A DNA stretch of 49,390 nucleotides from Pseudomonadota bacterium (GCA_040387495.1 JAZKDQ010000006.1:1-49390); one strand, 5' to 3'. Shown: positions 9,852 to 19,394, counted from the stretch's first letter. Numbers and translations are program-made. Notes: generated by a model not told the origin, from the letters alone.

Positions 9852-9935
9852 GAGGTTAAAGCCAATATGTGTTATGAAAATCCATGGCTCTTATGATGGC
9901 TTGATGAAGGGAATTTTGCAAGAAAGTTTTGTTAA

Positions 9936-10685
9936 TTACCCATTAAGTCCATTCGGCAAAAAGACAATCGCCAATACGCTAACCTTAAACGCCACTATTT
10001 CAATCAATCTTTGATTAAGTGTCTTTTTGCTTAGAATAGACTCTTCATATGAAGCTACTTCATAATAATCACGGATAGAGCCATATTTAGGAACAGCCAA
10101 TCTTTTAGCATCACGCATAAAACTCAAATTTTTTAATACAGAAATAGAAGCATGGTTTTCAGGATGAACTGTTGCTTCAATATAAAAAGGTTTATTATCT
10201 GGCCAATTTTCAGCTGCAAAAGAAAGACCAAGCTTACTCGCGCGGATAGCATAGTTTCTTCCTTGGTATTTTGGGTCTATGTAATATGCAATTTCTGTTT
10301 TTTCGACATTTGTCCCGCAAAAATTAAGTAACGCCATTTTTCCAGCGACACCGTCATGAGCGCAAATTGTCCAGTGGTGGGCGTCTGGGTATTGCTTTGT
10401 ATTTTCTGCAGATGATTTATTAAATATTTCTATTAATTGGTCTTCCGTTTTGGTTCTTCCATTTCCCAAATATTGAATAGATAAAGGGTCTGCATAGAAA
10501 CTAACAAAGTGTAGATAATCATTTGGAAAAGTAGGTCTTAGAAAAATATATTCACCACGAATAATATTGGAATCAGATAAAGATCGAGGGATTAGATTTT
10601 TTTCTTCTACTGCATCATTCTCTAATTCCCCTGCGTTCACAAATGAACATACAATAAGGAAGCTGAAATAAATATATTTTTTCAT
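9936..10685 (-). CDS. RimJ/RimL-type GNAT N-acetyltransferase with N-terminal signal peptide
   Basis: EIAYYIDPKYQGRNYA acetyl-CoA motif, VHPENHASISVL, signal MKKYIYFSFLIVCSFVNA. Confidence 0.8.
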   Translation of the reverse strand: MKKYIYFSFLIVCSFVNAGELENDAVEEKNLIPRSLSDSNIIRGEYIFLRPTFPNDYLHFVSFYADPLSIQYLGNGRTKTEDQLIEIFNKSSAENTKQYPDAHHWTICAHDGVAGKMALLNFCGTNVEKTEIAYYIDPKYQGRNYAIRASKLGLSFAAENWPDNKPFYIEATVHPENHASISVLKNLSFMRDAKRLAVPKYGSIRDYYEVASYEESILSKKTLNQRLIEIVAFKVSVLAIVFLPNGLNG

Positions 10686-10770
10686 ATTTTGAATCACATT
10701 GAGAATGGAGTAATTATTATATAATCATTATTTTTCTTATTATCAATGATTTTTTGAAAATAAATATGAT

Positions 10771-11271
10771 TTAACGATCTTTCCGATCAATACTCACTGG
10801 GAACTGAACACGTTCCAGCCGGTTCTCTAGTCGCAATAAACCCGACACAGAAACTTCAAGCGACTGTGTCGGCACATCATATGCACCAACGGTAATATTG
10901 ACTTCGGTAAGGCGAGGCTCAAACATCGTGATTGATTTTTCACAAAGCGCTATAATCTTACGTCTTTCACCTGTGCTTAACGCATCGAATGACTGGAAAT
11001 CATTAAAACCAAACAAGGCAGGCAAACCAAAATAGATGGCATCGTCTTCAATTTCATTATAAAAGGCTTGGCGTGCACCACGGCGTGTATTCAAAATATG
11101 TGAAACTTCGCGCACAACGGATGCGATTAGGCTGTCGTAGTTTAGGAAGGACTCGTAGTTTTCGTCCCATTCGCTTTCTGGATTATTATCAGTAAGGCGA
11201 TCGAAAAAAGGTGTCGCTGCACCACTTGTCATCTTTGGTTCTTTTTTAAATAAAGTCGCTGATGACGCCAT
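10771..11271 (-). CDS. tssE: T6SS baseplate gp25-like subunit
   Basis: FFDRL, ILNTR, FG..DF, FEPRL..V.I motifs, downstream of tssBC-hcp. Alternative start at 11232. Confidence 0.9.
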   Translation of the reverse strand: MASSATLFKKEPKMTSGAATPFFDRLTDNNPESEWDENYESFLNYDSLIASVVREVSHILNTRRGARQAFYNEIEDDAIYFGLPALFGFNDFQSFDALSTGERRKIIALCEKSITMFEPRLTEVNITVGAYDVPTQSLEVSVSGLLRLENRLERVQFPVSIDRKDR

Positions 11272-11310
11272 GAAGTACCTTGCTCAAATTGTTTTGAGCG
11301 GAAATGCCCA

Positions 11311-11431
11311 TACTATTTTAATAAGGTTTGAGTAGTAAGTACTCAAGATTCGAGCCGCGGAGTTTACAAATGTAAACTCGCTGCACAGATATCGCAGAGG
11401 ACCGCACTAATCGAAGCTTAGTGAAATAGTA
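11311..11431. repeat. 121-bp palindromic element (RPE-like)
   Basis: Imperfect 26-bp terminal inverted repeats (tactattttaataaggtttgagtagt / actaatcgaagcttagtgaaatagta) and a central hairpin gagtttaca-aa-tgtaaactc. Confidence 0.7.
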
Positions 11432-11995
11432 TTACTCCGCTGTGTTCGTAATATAATTAGTCTTACTAACCATCTGTCCTGTGCACAATCCTGATTGATC
11501 AAACACAAAAATAGTATTGGTCTTTATACCTATCATAACATGAACAATCATACGATCAAGCTGTTGTTGACATGATTGAATTTTACACGCACTAAATTCA
11601 ATTTCCTGCAAGCGTACTTTAGCTTGCTGTATATTACCAAGCCTGATAATTTTAAGATTATTAACGCTTTCACCACGATTCATTTTTGTTTCAATTTGTG
11701 CAGCATGCCCACCAACTGGCAACATCAAAATCAAATCCGTATGGCGTAATGTCGATGATGTAAAGAGAGGCCCGCCAACATCAGGACCAGTCAAACGACT
11801 TGATTCACCTTGCCATCCAAAAAGTTCAATGAAATTTTCAAACCCATCAACGGTAGATACAGTTATATCGTCAATTTGAACCATCCATTCTGGTGACTTC
11901 ACACCAACCGATTCATCAGTCGATATCTTATCAGTCGTAGCAATACGAAAATTACCTTTACCAGGAAGATCCACAATCTGAAAGTTGGTTGACAT
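11432..11995 (-). CDS. hcp: Divergent Hcp/TssD-like T6SS tube protein
   Basis: Lies between tssC and tssE, AGGAG RBS. FENFIELFGW aligns with the Hcp WIE..sw strand, and EIEFSACKIQS with the Hcp I.L....I.S strand. Confidence 0.75.
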   Translation of the reverse strand: MSTNFQIVDLPGKGNFRIATTDKISTDESVGVKSPEWMVQIDDITVSTVDGFENFIELFGWQGESSRLTGPDVGGPLFTSSTLRHTDLILMLPVGGHAAQIETKMNRGESVNNLKIIRLGNIQQAKVRLQEIEFSACKIQSCQQQLDRMIVHVMIGIKTNTIFVFDQSGLCTGQMVSKTNYITNTAE

Positions 11996-12039
11996 TTTAT
12001 TCTCCTATTTTTTTATCCTTGAAGCAAACACGCTCAGCA

Positions 12040-13488
12040 CTATTTAGCAGGTGGTGGTAAAGTAGCAACCAACCGAATTGATGCTGTTAATTCTTCCATT
12101 TGAAAGTGTGGTCTTAAATAAACAACGGCACGATATGAACCAGGCATTCCAGGCACATCAAACACATCCACACGACCTTCTCGCAAAGGATATTTCGCTT
12201 TAACACTTTGCGGTGCGTCATCATTCAATAGAATATAATTGGCAATCCACGTGTTGAGAAAGAGCTCAACCCTATCGCGTGTCATAAATGAACCAATCTT
12301 ATCACGCATCATAACTTTGATATAATGTGCAAAACGAGATGCAGCTAATACATATGGCAAACGCACGGAAAGTAAAGAATTTGCATTGGCATCATCAATG
12401 TCATACAAACGTGGGCGCTGAACAGTTTGTGCACCAAAAAACGCAGCATAATCTGTTCCTTTACAATGGCAAAGCGCAATAAAACCTTGATCACTCAATT
12501 CTTTCTCGCGGCGGTCCGTAATAGCTGTTTCTGTTGGGCATTTTAATTCCACATCACCAGCAGCCGTTCTAAAGGAATACGCAGGCAAACCTTCAACCAG
12601 CCCGCCGCCCTCAACGCCGCGGATAGCTGCTGTCCAGCCATAAAGGGAAAATGCGTTTGTTATACGTTCAGCCATTACATAGGCTGGATTCCCCCAGCAG
12701 AATAACTTTGTGTTTGTACCATTAACATCTTCATCGAAATTGAATCCATCCACAGGTGACGTATCTGGTCCATAAGGAAGACGCATCAAGACGCGAGGAA
12801 GAAAGAGAGACACATAACGTGAATCTTCGTTATTACGGAAATTGTTCCATTTAACAAGCTCAAGACTTTGGAATGTTTTACCAAGATCACGTGGCACTGA
12901 AATTTGTTCGAAACTTTCTAAGTCAAATAGTTTTGGATTTGCTGCTGTTAAAAGTGGTGCATGTGCTGCTGCTGCTACCGCTGACAACTTTTCAAGCAAA
13001 CAGAGATCAATTGCACTGCGCGAGAATTCATAATCGCCCACCAAACATGAATAAGGATGTCCACCAAATGTGCCATATTCTTCTTCATACACTTTTTTAA
13101 ACAATTGGCTTTGGTCAAATTCAGGTGATTTTTCTAAATCATCAATTAAATCTTTTTTAGTAGCATTCAACAAACGTAATTTTAATTTTGAATTTGTCTT
13201 TGAATTACTCACAAGGTAATCCAAACCACGCCATGATCCCTCAAGTTTAAGAAACCTTGGATCATGCAGAAATTCATTGAGTTGGGCAGTAATCAATTCA
13301 TCAATCTGCCTGATACGCTCAGCAATAAAAGCGCTTACGTTTGAATGTGCCACATTCCCTTGTTGAATTAATTGGTTGGCAAATTCATGCAAAAGGTCAC
13401 GCGCAAAGGGTTTTTGGCTTTCATCATAAACCATCTTCCCCTTAACCATGAGGGTTTCAAGAATCGATGTCTTTGTATCCTCAGCCAT
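12040..13488 (-). CDS. tssC: T6SS contractile sheath large subunit
   Basis: LEGSWRGL, EFDQSQLFKKVYEEEYGTFGG, RLPYG, CPTETAITDRRE, SRFAHYIK, LRPHFQ. Confidence 0.98.
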   Translation of the reverse strand: MAEDTKTSILETLMVKGKMVYDESQKPFARDLLHEFANQLIQQGNVAHSNVSAFIAERIRQIDELITAQLNEFLHDPRFLKLEGSWRGLDYLVSNSKTNSKLKLRLLNATKKDLIDDLEKSPEFDQSQLFKKVYEEEYGTFGGHPYSCLVGDYEFSRSAIDLCLLEKLSAVAAAAHAPLLTAANPKLFDLESFEQISVPRDLGKTFQSLELVKWNNFRNNEDSRYVSLFLPRVLMRLPYGPDTSPVDGFNFDEDVNGTNTKLFCWGNPAYVMAERITNAFSLYGWTAAIRGVEGGGLVEGLPAYSFRTAAGDVELKCPTETAITDRREKELSDQGFIALCHCKGTDYAAFFGAQTVQRPRLYDIDDANANSLLSVRLPYVLAASRFAHYIKVMMRDKIGSFMTRDRVELFLNTWIANYILLNDDAPQSVKAKYPLREGRVDVFDVPGMPGSYRAVVYLRPHFQMEELTASIRLVATLPPPAK

Positions 13489-13542
13489 AACTGTCTCCCT
13501 TTAATCTCGTATCTCGTGTCGTGTGTTTTGTTGTATTAATGT

Positions 13543-14136
13543 TTAAATAAACTCTGGATCATCTTTTGAGTTCTTTTTGTCCTTTGTTACCTTCTCAAAT
13601 GAATCGTCTGTTTTTGGTTCGGTATAAGATAATCTCTCTTTTTTCAGACCAAGTTCATAAAACAAAGATTCTTTTTTCTCAGGACTCTGAATAACTTCAT
13701 GTAGCAGCTGCTCAAGCACATCATTACCGTCCAACTTAGAAAGCAAATCTTTTAAATGAACACGAGCTTCATACAATTTTGAAAGGGCAGGAACTTGTTT
13801 TACAATGTTCACTGGCTTGAAATCATCCATACTTTGAAACGTAAGTTCGGCTACTAAATTACTCTCATTATTCAAAAGACGATTCTTAGCCTGCAAAGCA
13901 AGACGCGGCTTAATATAGCCCATAATGTCATCGAAGTTTTCACTATCAATATCAATGAATTTTCTGTCTTTCATTTTAGGAAGGGGCTCATTTGGCATGC
14001 CAGAAAGATCAGCCATAATACCTACCACAAAGGGAAGTTCCTTCATTTCAGTCGACTCACCCACAACAACATCATAGGTAATTTGCACTCGCGGAGGGCG
14101 AACGCGATCGATTTTATGTTGCGTGTTTTCAGTCAT
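13543..14136 (-). CDS. tssB: T6SS contractile sheath small subunit
   Basis: RVRPPRVQITYDV, ELPFVVGIMAD.SG, MDDF.P. ATG at 14136 has a GGGAG RBS. Confidence 0.97.
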   Translation of the reverse strand: MTENTQHKIDRVRPPRVQITYDVVVGESTEMKELPFVVGIMADLSGMPNEPLPKMKDRKFIDIDSENFDDIMGYIKPRLALQAKNRLLNNESNLVAELTFQSMDDFKPVNIVKQVPALSKLYEARVHLKDLLSKLDGNDVLEQLLHEVIQSPEKKESLFYELGLKKERLSYTEPKTDDSFEKVTKDKKNSKDDPEFI

Positions 14137-14250
14137 ACAAAGCTCCCACGATATTCTTTCATTACTAACAAACCAATGATTCGCTGGATTTAACAGACTG
14201 CTCATTGATATAAAAGTGTTACTCTTAATACCAATTTGACGCTTACAACA

Positions 14251-14265
14251 TTAATATTTAGTTAA
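14251..14265. promoter_or_regulatory. CtrA-type box upstream of tssB
   Basis: TTAA-tatttag-TTAA, 115 nt upstream of the tssB ATG. Confidence 0.5.
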
Positions 14266-14374
14266 TTTTGTGTAATTTTAATTAAATAATTCTTCTTGGG
14301 CATGACGATACTATTCAAAAATTCAAAAAGGACATCGTGCCGAACAGTGATCTGTAAATCTAAGGGAAAATAAT

Positions 14375-14920
14375 CTACGCTAACGCTAAAATCTGACAAT
14401 CTGCAATCCAGGACGCAACAGGAGTGTGTGATGCAACAACAACTGAACCTCCACTTGCACAATGCTGCTTCACCCTACCCCACAAAAGCGTCTCGTGTTT
14501 GGCATCTAAAAAGCGTGTCGGTTCATCCAAAAGCCATAAAGGGCGATCAGGTCTCAATGCACTTGCCAGACGAATCCAAAGCTTCTGCCCACTTGAAAAA
14601 TTGTCAAGTTCACGATTTTTGGGCAAGGATGATTCACACTCCACGCCGAGAGCCTTCGTAAAACGCTGATGATCTGCAAGCGTTGCATGCATTTTCATCC
14701 CCAATTCAGCACCTAAATAGCTAAATGGGCCAGACACAGTTAGATGTCCTATGTCGACAGGCAGTACACCCGCAATAAGTTTTAAAAAGGTTGATTTCCC
14801 AGAACCGTTATCACCTTTGATCCAAAGGCATATTCCAGCAGAAATATTCACCGACAAGGGTTCACTTTGCGTCATGGAAATATAGACATGCTGAAGATCA
14901 CGAACGACTAATAAGGGCAT
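14375..14920 (-). CDS. ccmA: CcmA-like heme exporter ABC ATPase (short)
   Basis: Walker A GDNGSGKST, signature FSSGQK, LWLLDEP, H.xxGG.VVVASH typical of CcmA. Confidence 0.8.
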   Translation of the reverse strand: MPLLVVRDLQHVYISMTQSEPLSVNISAGICLWIKGDNGSGKSTFLKLIAGVLPVDIGHLTVSGPFSYLGAELGMKMHATLADHQRFTKALGVECESSLPKNRELDNFSSGQKLWIRLASALRPDRPLWLLDEPTRFLDAKHETLLWGRVKQHCASGGSVVVASHTPVASWIADCQILALA

Positions 14921-14926
14921 AGTTTC

Positions 14927-15853
14927 CTACGACTTTTTAAAAACAAGCGTCATCCAATCATCCAGATTACGCTCACCCACTGGCACAAAGCCAGAGTCAA
15001 CATATGCTTGCTTTACTTCATCTGCATGACGACTCAACAGCCCTGATAGAATAGCTATGCCACCTTTATGCATATGCTTTGCAAAATCAGGGGCTAATGC
15101 AATCACAGGTTTTGCCAGAATATTAGCCAACACAACATGATATGGCGCAAAAGTAGCCACAGCATCATTCTCAAAGCCCATACTTTCAATCGCAGCGATT
15201 ACCGTATCGTTCATCTGTGCGTTTTTCGATGCTACACGTACCGATTCAGCATCATTATCCACGGCAATCACTATTGCCTCTACCCATTTCTTTTTAGCTG
15301 CAATGCCTAAAATACCTGAACCACAACCCATATCAAGAACTGATAAATCAGGTGGGAATGCATCCAATAAAATTGCCGATAACTCCATCAAGCACCCCGT
15401 CGTTGTCGGGTGTTCCCCACTACCAAAAGCTGTCGCAGCATTCACCAAGATAGGAAGATGCTTTGCTGGCGGCACATCGTCGATATGACTGCCATACACA
15501 TAGAAATCACCAACAATGCGTGCTGGCATACTTTGATAACATGTTAGCAACCAGTCTGTATTATCAACTACACTCAAAGACAGTACTGGCGCTTGCACAT
15601 CAAGCAACTCGCTCAGGCTTTGTGTCATTCCATTTAAAAAATCAAGATCAGGCTTATTCGGTGTATAGCCATCAAGCACAAACTCAGATGAAATCGGAAA
15701 ACCACTCTCATCAATGCTTGTCGATGGCGGGGCGTCATCACATTCAAGCCAGCTAATGCCAGCAAAGCCAAAACGTTCAAACAAATCAACAAGGGCATCT
15801 ATTGCTGCCAAAGGCACACGTGCAGTGACATTCCAAAGTAGAGTTTCTGTCAT
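14927..15853 (-). CDS. prmA: Ribosomal protein L11 methyltransferase
   Basis: AFGSGEHPTT, VLDMGCGSGIL, ANILA, ILSGLL. Confidence 0.95.
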   Translation of the reverse strand: MTETLLWNVTARVPLAAIDALVDLFERFGFAGISWLECDDAPPSTSIDESGFPISSEFVLDGYTPNKPDLDFLNGMTQSLSELLDVQAPVLSLSVVDNTDWLLTCYQSMPARIVGDFYVYGSHIDDVPPAKHLPILVNAATAFGSGEHPTTTGCLMELSAILLDAFPPDLSVLDMGCGSGILGIAAKKKWVEAIVIAVDNDAESVRVASKNAQMNDTVIAAIESMGFENDAVATFAPYHVVLANILAKPVIALAPDFAKHMHKGGIAILSGLLSRHADEVKQAYVDSGFVPVGERNLDDWMTLVFKKS

Positions 15854-15855
15854 AT

Positions 15856-16464
15856 TTATTCCTGTCTTATTCTTAATAATTCATAAGAAATATTGATTGA
15901 TTTAATACGAGCTTCGGCATGCACGCAACCGCCATTTACATCTGGGTGGTGTTTTTTCACAAGTGCACGATACGCTTTTTGCAATTCGTCTTGTGTAAAA
16001 TCGAGTGTCAAATCAAACAATTTTATTGCTTCAATTTGTTGTGTTGTAAGCACTTTCCCACGTCCATTTATACCATCATACGTTGCATCTTCAAACAGAC
16101 CAAAAGGGTCTTTGTGCCCATTTACGAATGCCTCAGAACGCAAAAACGGCTTTGTTCCTGCGCGTGCTTGCCAACTACCCATTGGCCAGCTTGGGCGACC
16201 CCATGAGATGTCGCGTCGGCGTGATGCAATAATTTCATCTTCTGACATATTTTTATAATAATCCCAAGAAGCATTATATGCACGCACGTGATCCAAACAT
16301 AACCAATGCCAATTTGCATTATTTTTTATATCGTGCTTGCGATCATGGCGTGGCGCGCGATAAGTGCCTTCTTCGGTACACCCCTTATGTTCGCATCGCT
16401 CAATAGTGGGATGTTTCTTGAGTGTCTGCCGTTGCCAAAAGAAAGGATTAACTTGAAATTTCAT
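15856..16464 (-). CDS. Alphaproteobacterial J-domain protein (N-terminal Cys/His domain, C-terminal J domain)
   Basis: C...GC...G.YRAP...CLDHVRAYN.SWDYY, plus KKHHPDVNGG. Confidence 0.9.
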   Translation of the reverse strand: MKFQVNPFFWQRQTLKKHPTIERCEHKGCTEEGTYRAPRHDRKHDIKNNANWHWLCLDHVRAYNASWDYYKNMSEDEIIASRRRDISWGRPSWPMGSWQARAGTKPFLRSEAFVNGHKDPFGLFEDATYDGINGRGKVLTTQQIEAIKLFDLTLDFTQDELQKAYRALVKKHHPDVNGGCVHAEARIKSINISYELLRIRQE

Positions 16465-17312
16465 TGATAGTTAAAAAAGCCTTCTTTTGATTTCACTCCT
16501 AATTTGCCAGCTTTAACGTAATTTAACAAGATGTCTGCTGGTTTATAAGATGCATCATCGCACGCCTTTGCGAGTGAATCCAAAATCAAAACACACGTAT
16601 CAAGGCCAATCAGATCAGCAAGCGCCAATGGTCCCATAGGAAAATTTGCCCCAAGCTTCATAGAAGCATCAATATCAATCGCTGAAGCAACGTCATTTTG
16701 ACATAAAAGTGCCGCTTGATTAATCATCGGTAACAATAATCGATTCACTATAAAACCCGGTGAATCTGCACACACGATAGGTGTTTTACCAACTTCTGTT
16801 AAAAGTGCATGTGTGTCATCAAATACGGCTGAGCTTGTTTGGGCTTGCGGGATAACCTCGACCAATGGCAAACGATATGCCGGATTAAAGAAATGTACGC
16901 CCAAAAAACGTTCAGGGTTTTTAACATAAGCAGAAAGTTCAGTCACTGACAAAGACGATGTGTTTGTTGCAATGATGCACGACGCTGCAACAACATCCCC
17001 AAGATCTGTAAATAGTTTTGCCTTTACAGTGACATCTTCTACAATTGCTTCGATCACAAAAGCACACGAAGCCATGCCCGTTAACCTAATGCAGACAACC
17101 AAACGGTCAAGGAAATGTTCCCATTCATCGGCTGACTCAGTCCCTTTATCAATCGCACGTTCAAGATGTTCAATCAGATTTTGATAGGCCTGATCGAGGC
17201 GAATTGGATCAGCATCAAATAGATAAATTTTATGGCCAGCACGCCAGAAAACCTCAGCAATGCCCTGCCCCATTTGCCCAGCACCAATGATGCCGATGTG
17301 TTGTGTTGTCAT
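16461..17312 (-). CDS. hbd: 3-hydroxybutyryl-CoA / 3-hydroxyacyl-CoA dehydrogenase
   Basis: GAGQMG, IEAIVE, ATNTSSL, GVHFFNP, PGFIVNR, PMGPL. Confidence 0.9.
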   Translation of the reverse strand: MTTQHIGIIGAGQMGQGIAEVFWRAGHKIYLFDADPIRLDQAYQNLIEHLERAIDKGTESADEWEHFLDRLVVCIRLTGMASCAFVIEAIVEDVTVKAKLFTDLGDVVAASCIIATNTSSLSVTELSAYVKNPERFLGVHFFNPAYRLPLVEVIPQAQTSSAVFDDTHALLTEVGKTPIVCADSPGFIVNRLLLPMINQAALLCQNDVASAIDIDASMKLGANFPMGPLALADLIGLDTCVLILDSLAKACDDASYKPADILLNYVKAGKLGVKSKEGFFNYQ

Positions 17313-17431
17313 AATTTTCCTTTATCTGTAAAGTGCGTCAGATTTTATACTGAGTAGAATTAGATGAAGCAGCTCTTTGAATACAAATTCCAAGGATAAT
17401 GTTTACATAATAAATTAAACGGAAGCTTAAC

Positions 17432-18667
17432 TTAAGCAGCAGCACGTAAATCTAGTTGAGCCCAAATATGTGATAACGCATCAACAAATGTGTCAATCAG
17501 CTCAAACGAATGATACGGAGTTAATGTCACACGTAAACGCTCTGATCCACGTGATACCGTCGGAAAATTAATCGGTTGCACATAAATATCATACTCAGTC
17601 AACAACTGATATGATAACTGATTGCACCTCGCTGCATCACCAACAATAATAGGGATAATATGACTGCCGCTATCATGGAATGGTATGATGCTTTGATGCA
17701 GCTTATTCTTTAAGTAACATACGCGTTCATGAAACCGTGCCTGTATTGATGGATCTTTTGCAAGCACATCAATGGCTGCAATTGCTGCTGCTGTTACAGC
17801 CGGCGGCAGTGATGTAGTAAAAATAAACCCAGAAGCATAGCCACGAATAAAATCAACAAAAGCATCGTCGCCTGCAATGTATCCACCAAAGCCACCAAAG
17901 CCCTTCGCAAAGTTTCCTTGGATAATATCAACATGTTGTGAATGGCCTTGCTGTGCGGCAAGACCAGAGCCGCCAATGCCGTATACGCCTACACCATGCA
18001 CTTCATCAAGGTAAGTTAGGGCATTATATTTTTTTGCAAGTTTGCAAATTGCTTCGATTGGTGCTTGATCCCCGTCCATTGAATAAACAGAAACAAAAAC
18101 AATAATTTTAGGGCGGTTTGGGTCAATTGCTTTTAGCTTTGATTCAAGATCATCCAGGTCACTGTGTTTGAATATGATTCGCTCGGCTTTACTATGCCTC
18201 ATGCCATGAATCATCGATGCATGCACTTTTTCATCGCTCAGGAAAACAAGATTAGGGATTTGTTCGCCAAGTGTTGTGAGTGTTGCTTCGTTTGCAACAT
18301 AGCCGGAGCTGAATAAAAGAGCACGTTCTTTTCCGTGAAGTATTGCAATTTTTTTTTCAAGCTGATTGTGCAGATGCGTGGTACCAGAAATATTGCGAGT
18401 ACCGCCAGAACTTGTCCCATAGGTTGCTGTTGCGTTAATTTGAGCGCTAACAATTTCAGGGTGATGACTCAATCCTAAATAATCATTTGTGCACCACACG
18501 GCAACTGTACGGGGTGCTAATGCAGGCTTGCCAGATTCTACGGGAGGATGCCATAAAGCATAAGGAGGATCGTTTTGAAACCGTTCTAGATCAGCAAAAG
18601 TACGATAGCGATGTTCTGAACGCAACTCCTGAATTTTCTTTTGAAAAAAAGTTCCGTATTCTACCAT
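17432..18667 (-). CDS. hemA: 5-aminolevulinate synthase (C4 pathway)
   Basis: WC.NDYLG, GGTRNISGT, SVYSMDG, DEVHGVG, FIFTTSLPP, YVQPINFPTV. Confidence 0.97.
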   Translation of the reverse strand: MVEYGTFFQKKIQELRSEHRYRTFADLERFQNDPPYALWHPPVESGKPALAPRTVAVWCTNDYLGLSHHPEIVSAQINATATYGTSSGGTRNISGTTHLHNQLEKKIAILHGKERALLFSSGYVANEATLTTLGEQIPNLVFLSDEKVHASMIHGMRHSKAERIIFKHSDLDDLESKLKAIDPNRPKIIVFVSVYSMDGDQAPIEAICKLAKKYNALTYLDEVHGVGVYGIGGSGLAAQQGHSQHVDIIQGNFAKGFGGFGGYIAGDDAFVDFIRGYASGFIFTTSLPPAVTAAAIAAIDVLAKDPSIQARFHERVCYLKNKLHQSIIPFHDSGSHIIPIIVGDAARCNQLSYQLLTEYDIYVQPINFPTVSRGSERLRVTLTPYHSFELIDTFVDALSHIWAQLDLRAAA

Positions 18668-18698
18668 CACTCTATTAGTTTCTCGTTATGCTGGGTGT

Positions 18699-18802
18699 GT
18701 CTTCCCGTAAAAGTGGGAATCTAGAAATCATATGACAAAGGTCGTAGTTTTCCTCTGGCTTGACCAGAGAATCTAAGTCCCCACGGTCAAGCCCCAGGGA
18801 AA
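18699..18802. repeat. Degenerate RPE-like palindromic repeats
   Basis: Hairpin gtcttcccgtaaaagtgggaatc, then inverted repeat ggcttgacc (18757) / ggtcaagcc (18785). Confidence 0.55.
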
Positions 18803-18821
18803 TTAGAAAGCAAAGTAGAAT

Positions 18822-19325
18822 TTACGCTACTGCTGTTTGACCTTGTTGTTGCTGAGCTTGATACATTGCACCAAAATCAATTGGATTCAACATCAACGCT
18901 GGAAATCCACCTTCACGTGTCATGTCTGCCATAATTGCACGTGCAAATGGGAAAAGAAGTGTTGGGAAATGTACCATCAGAAGTGGTCCAACTGATTCTG
19001 CAGGAACTTTAGTCTCGTCAACGGCTACAATTGCGCCATACGTTAATTCAGCAATGAATAACGTTTTCTTTTCATCAACAGAACCTTTTGCTCTTAAATC
19101 AAGCGCAATCTCAAACAAACCTTCACGTACTTTTTTTGCATTAGCAGTGATATCAATGCTGATCGTTGGTTGTGTTTCTTGCGTTTCTAAAAATGCTTCA
19201 ACTGGATTTGGATTTTCAAAGGATTGATCTTTAATGTATTGTGTTACAATACCAAAAGCCACATTCGTTTGTTCGTTTTCTTGTACAGGTGTTGCATTCT
19301 TTTTTGGTGTTGCTTTGTCTGTCAT
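18822..19325 (-). CDS. secB: Protein-export chaperone SecB
   Basis: QYIKD.SFENP, LFPFAR, GGFP.LMLNPIDF..MY. Confidence 0.97.
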   Translation of the reverse strand: MTDKATPKKNATPVQENEQTNVAFGIVTQYIKDQSFENPNPVEAFLETQETQPTISIDITANAKKVREGLFEIALDLRAKGSVDEKKTLFIAELTYGAIVAVDETKVPAESVGPLLMVHFPTLLFPFARAIMADMTREGGFPALMLNPIDFGAMYQAQQQQGQTAVA

Positions 19326-19394
19326 AAATTACTCCATTTTAAAGTTCCCAGAAACCGGGAGTTTTTGGTTTATATACTTTAGTTTAAAAAATAA

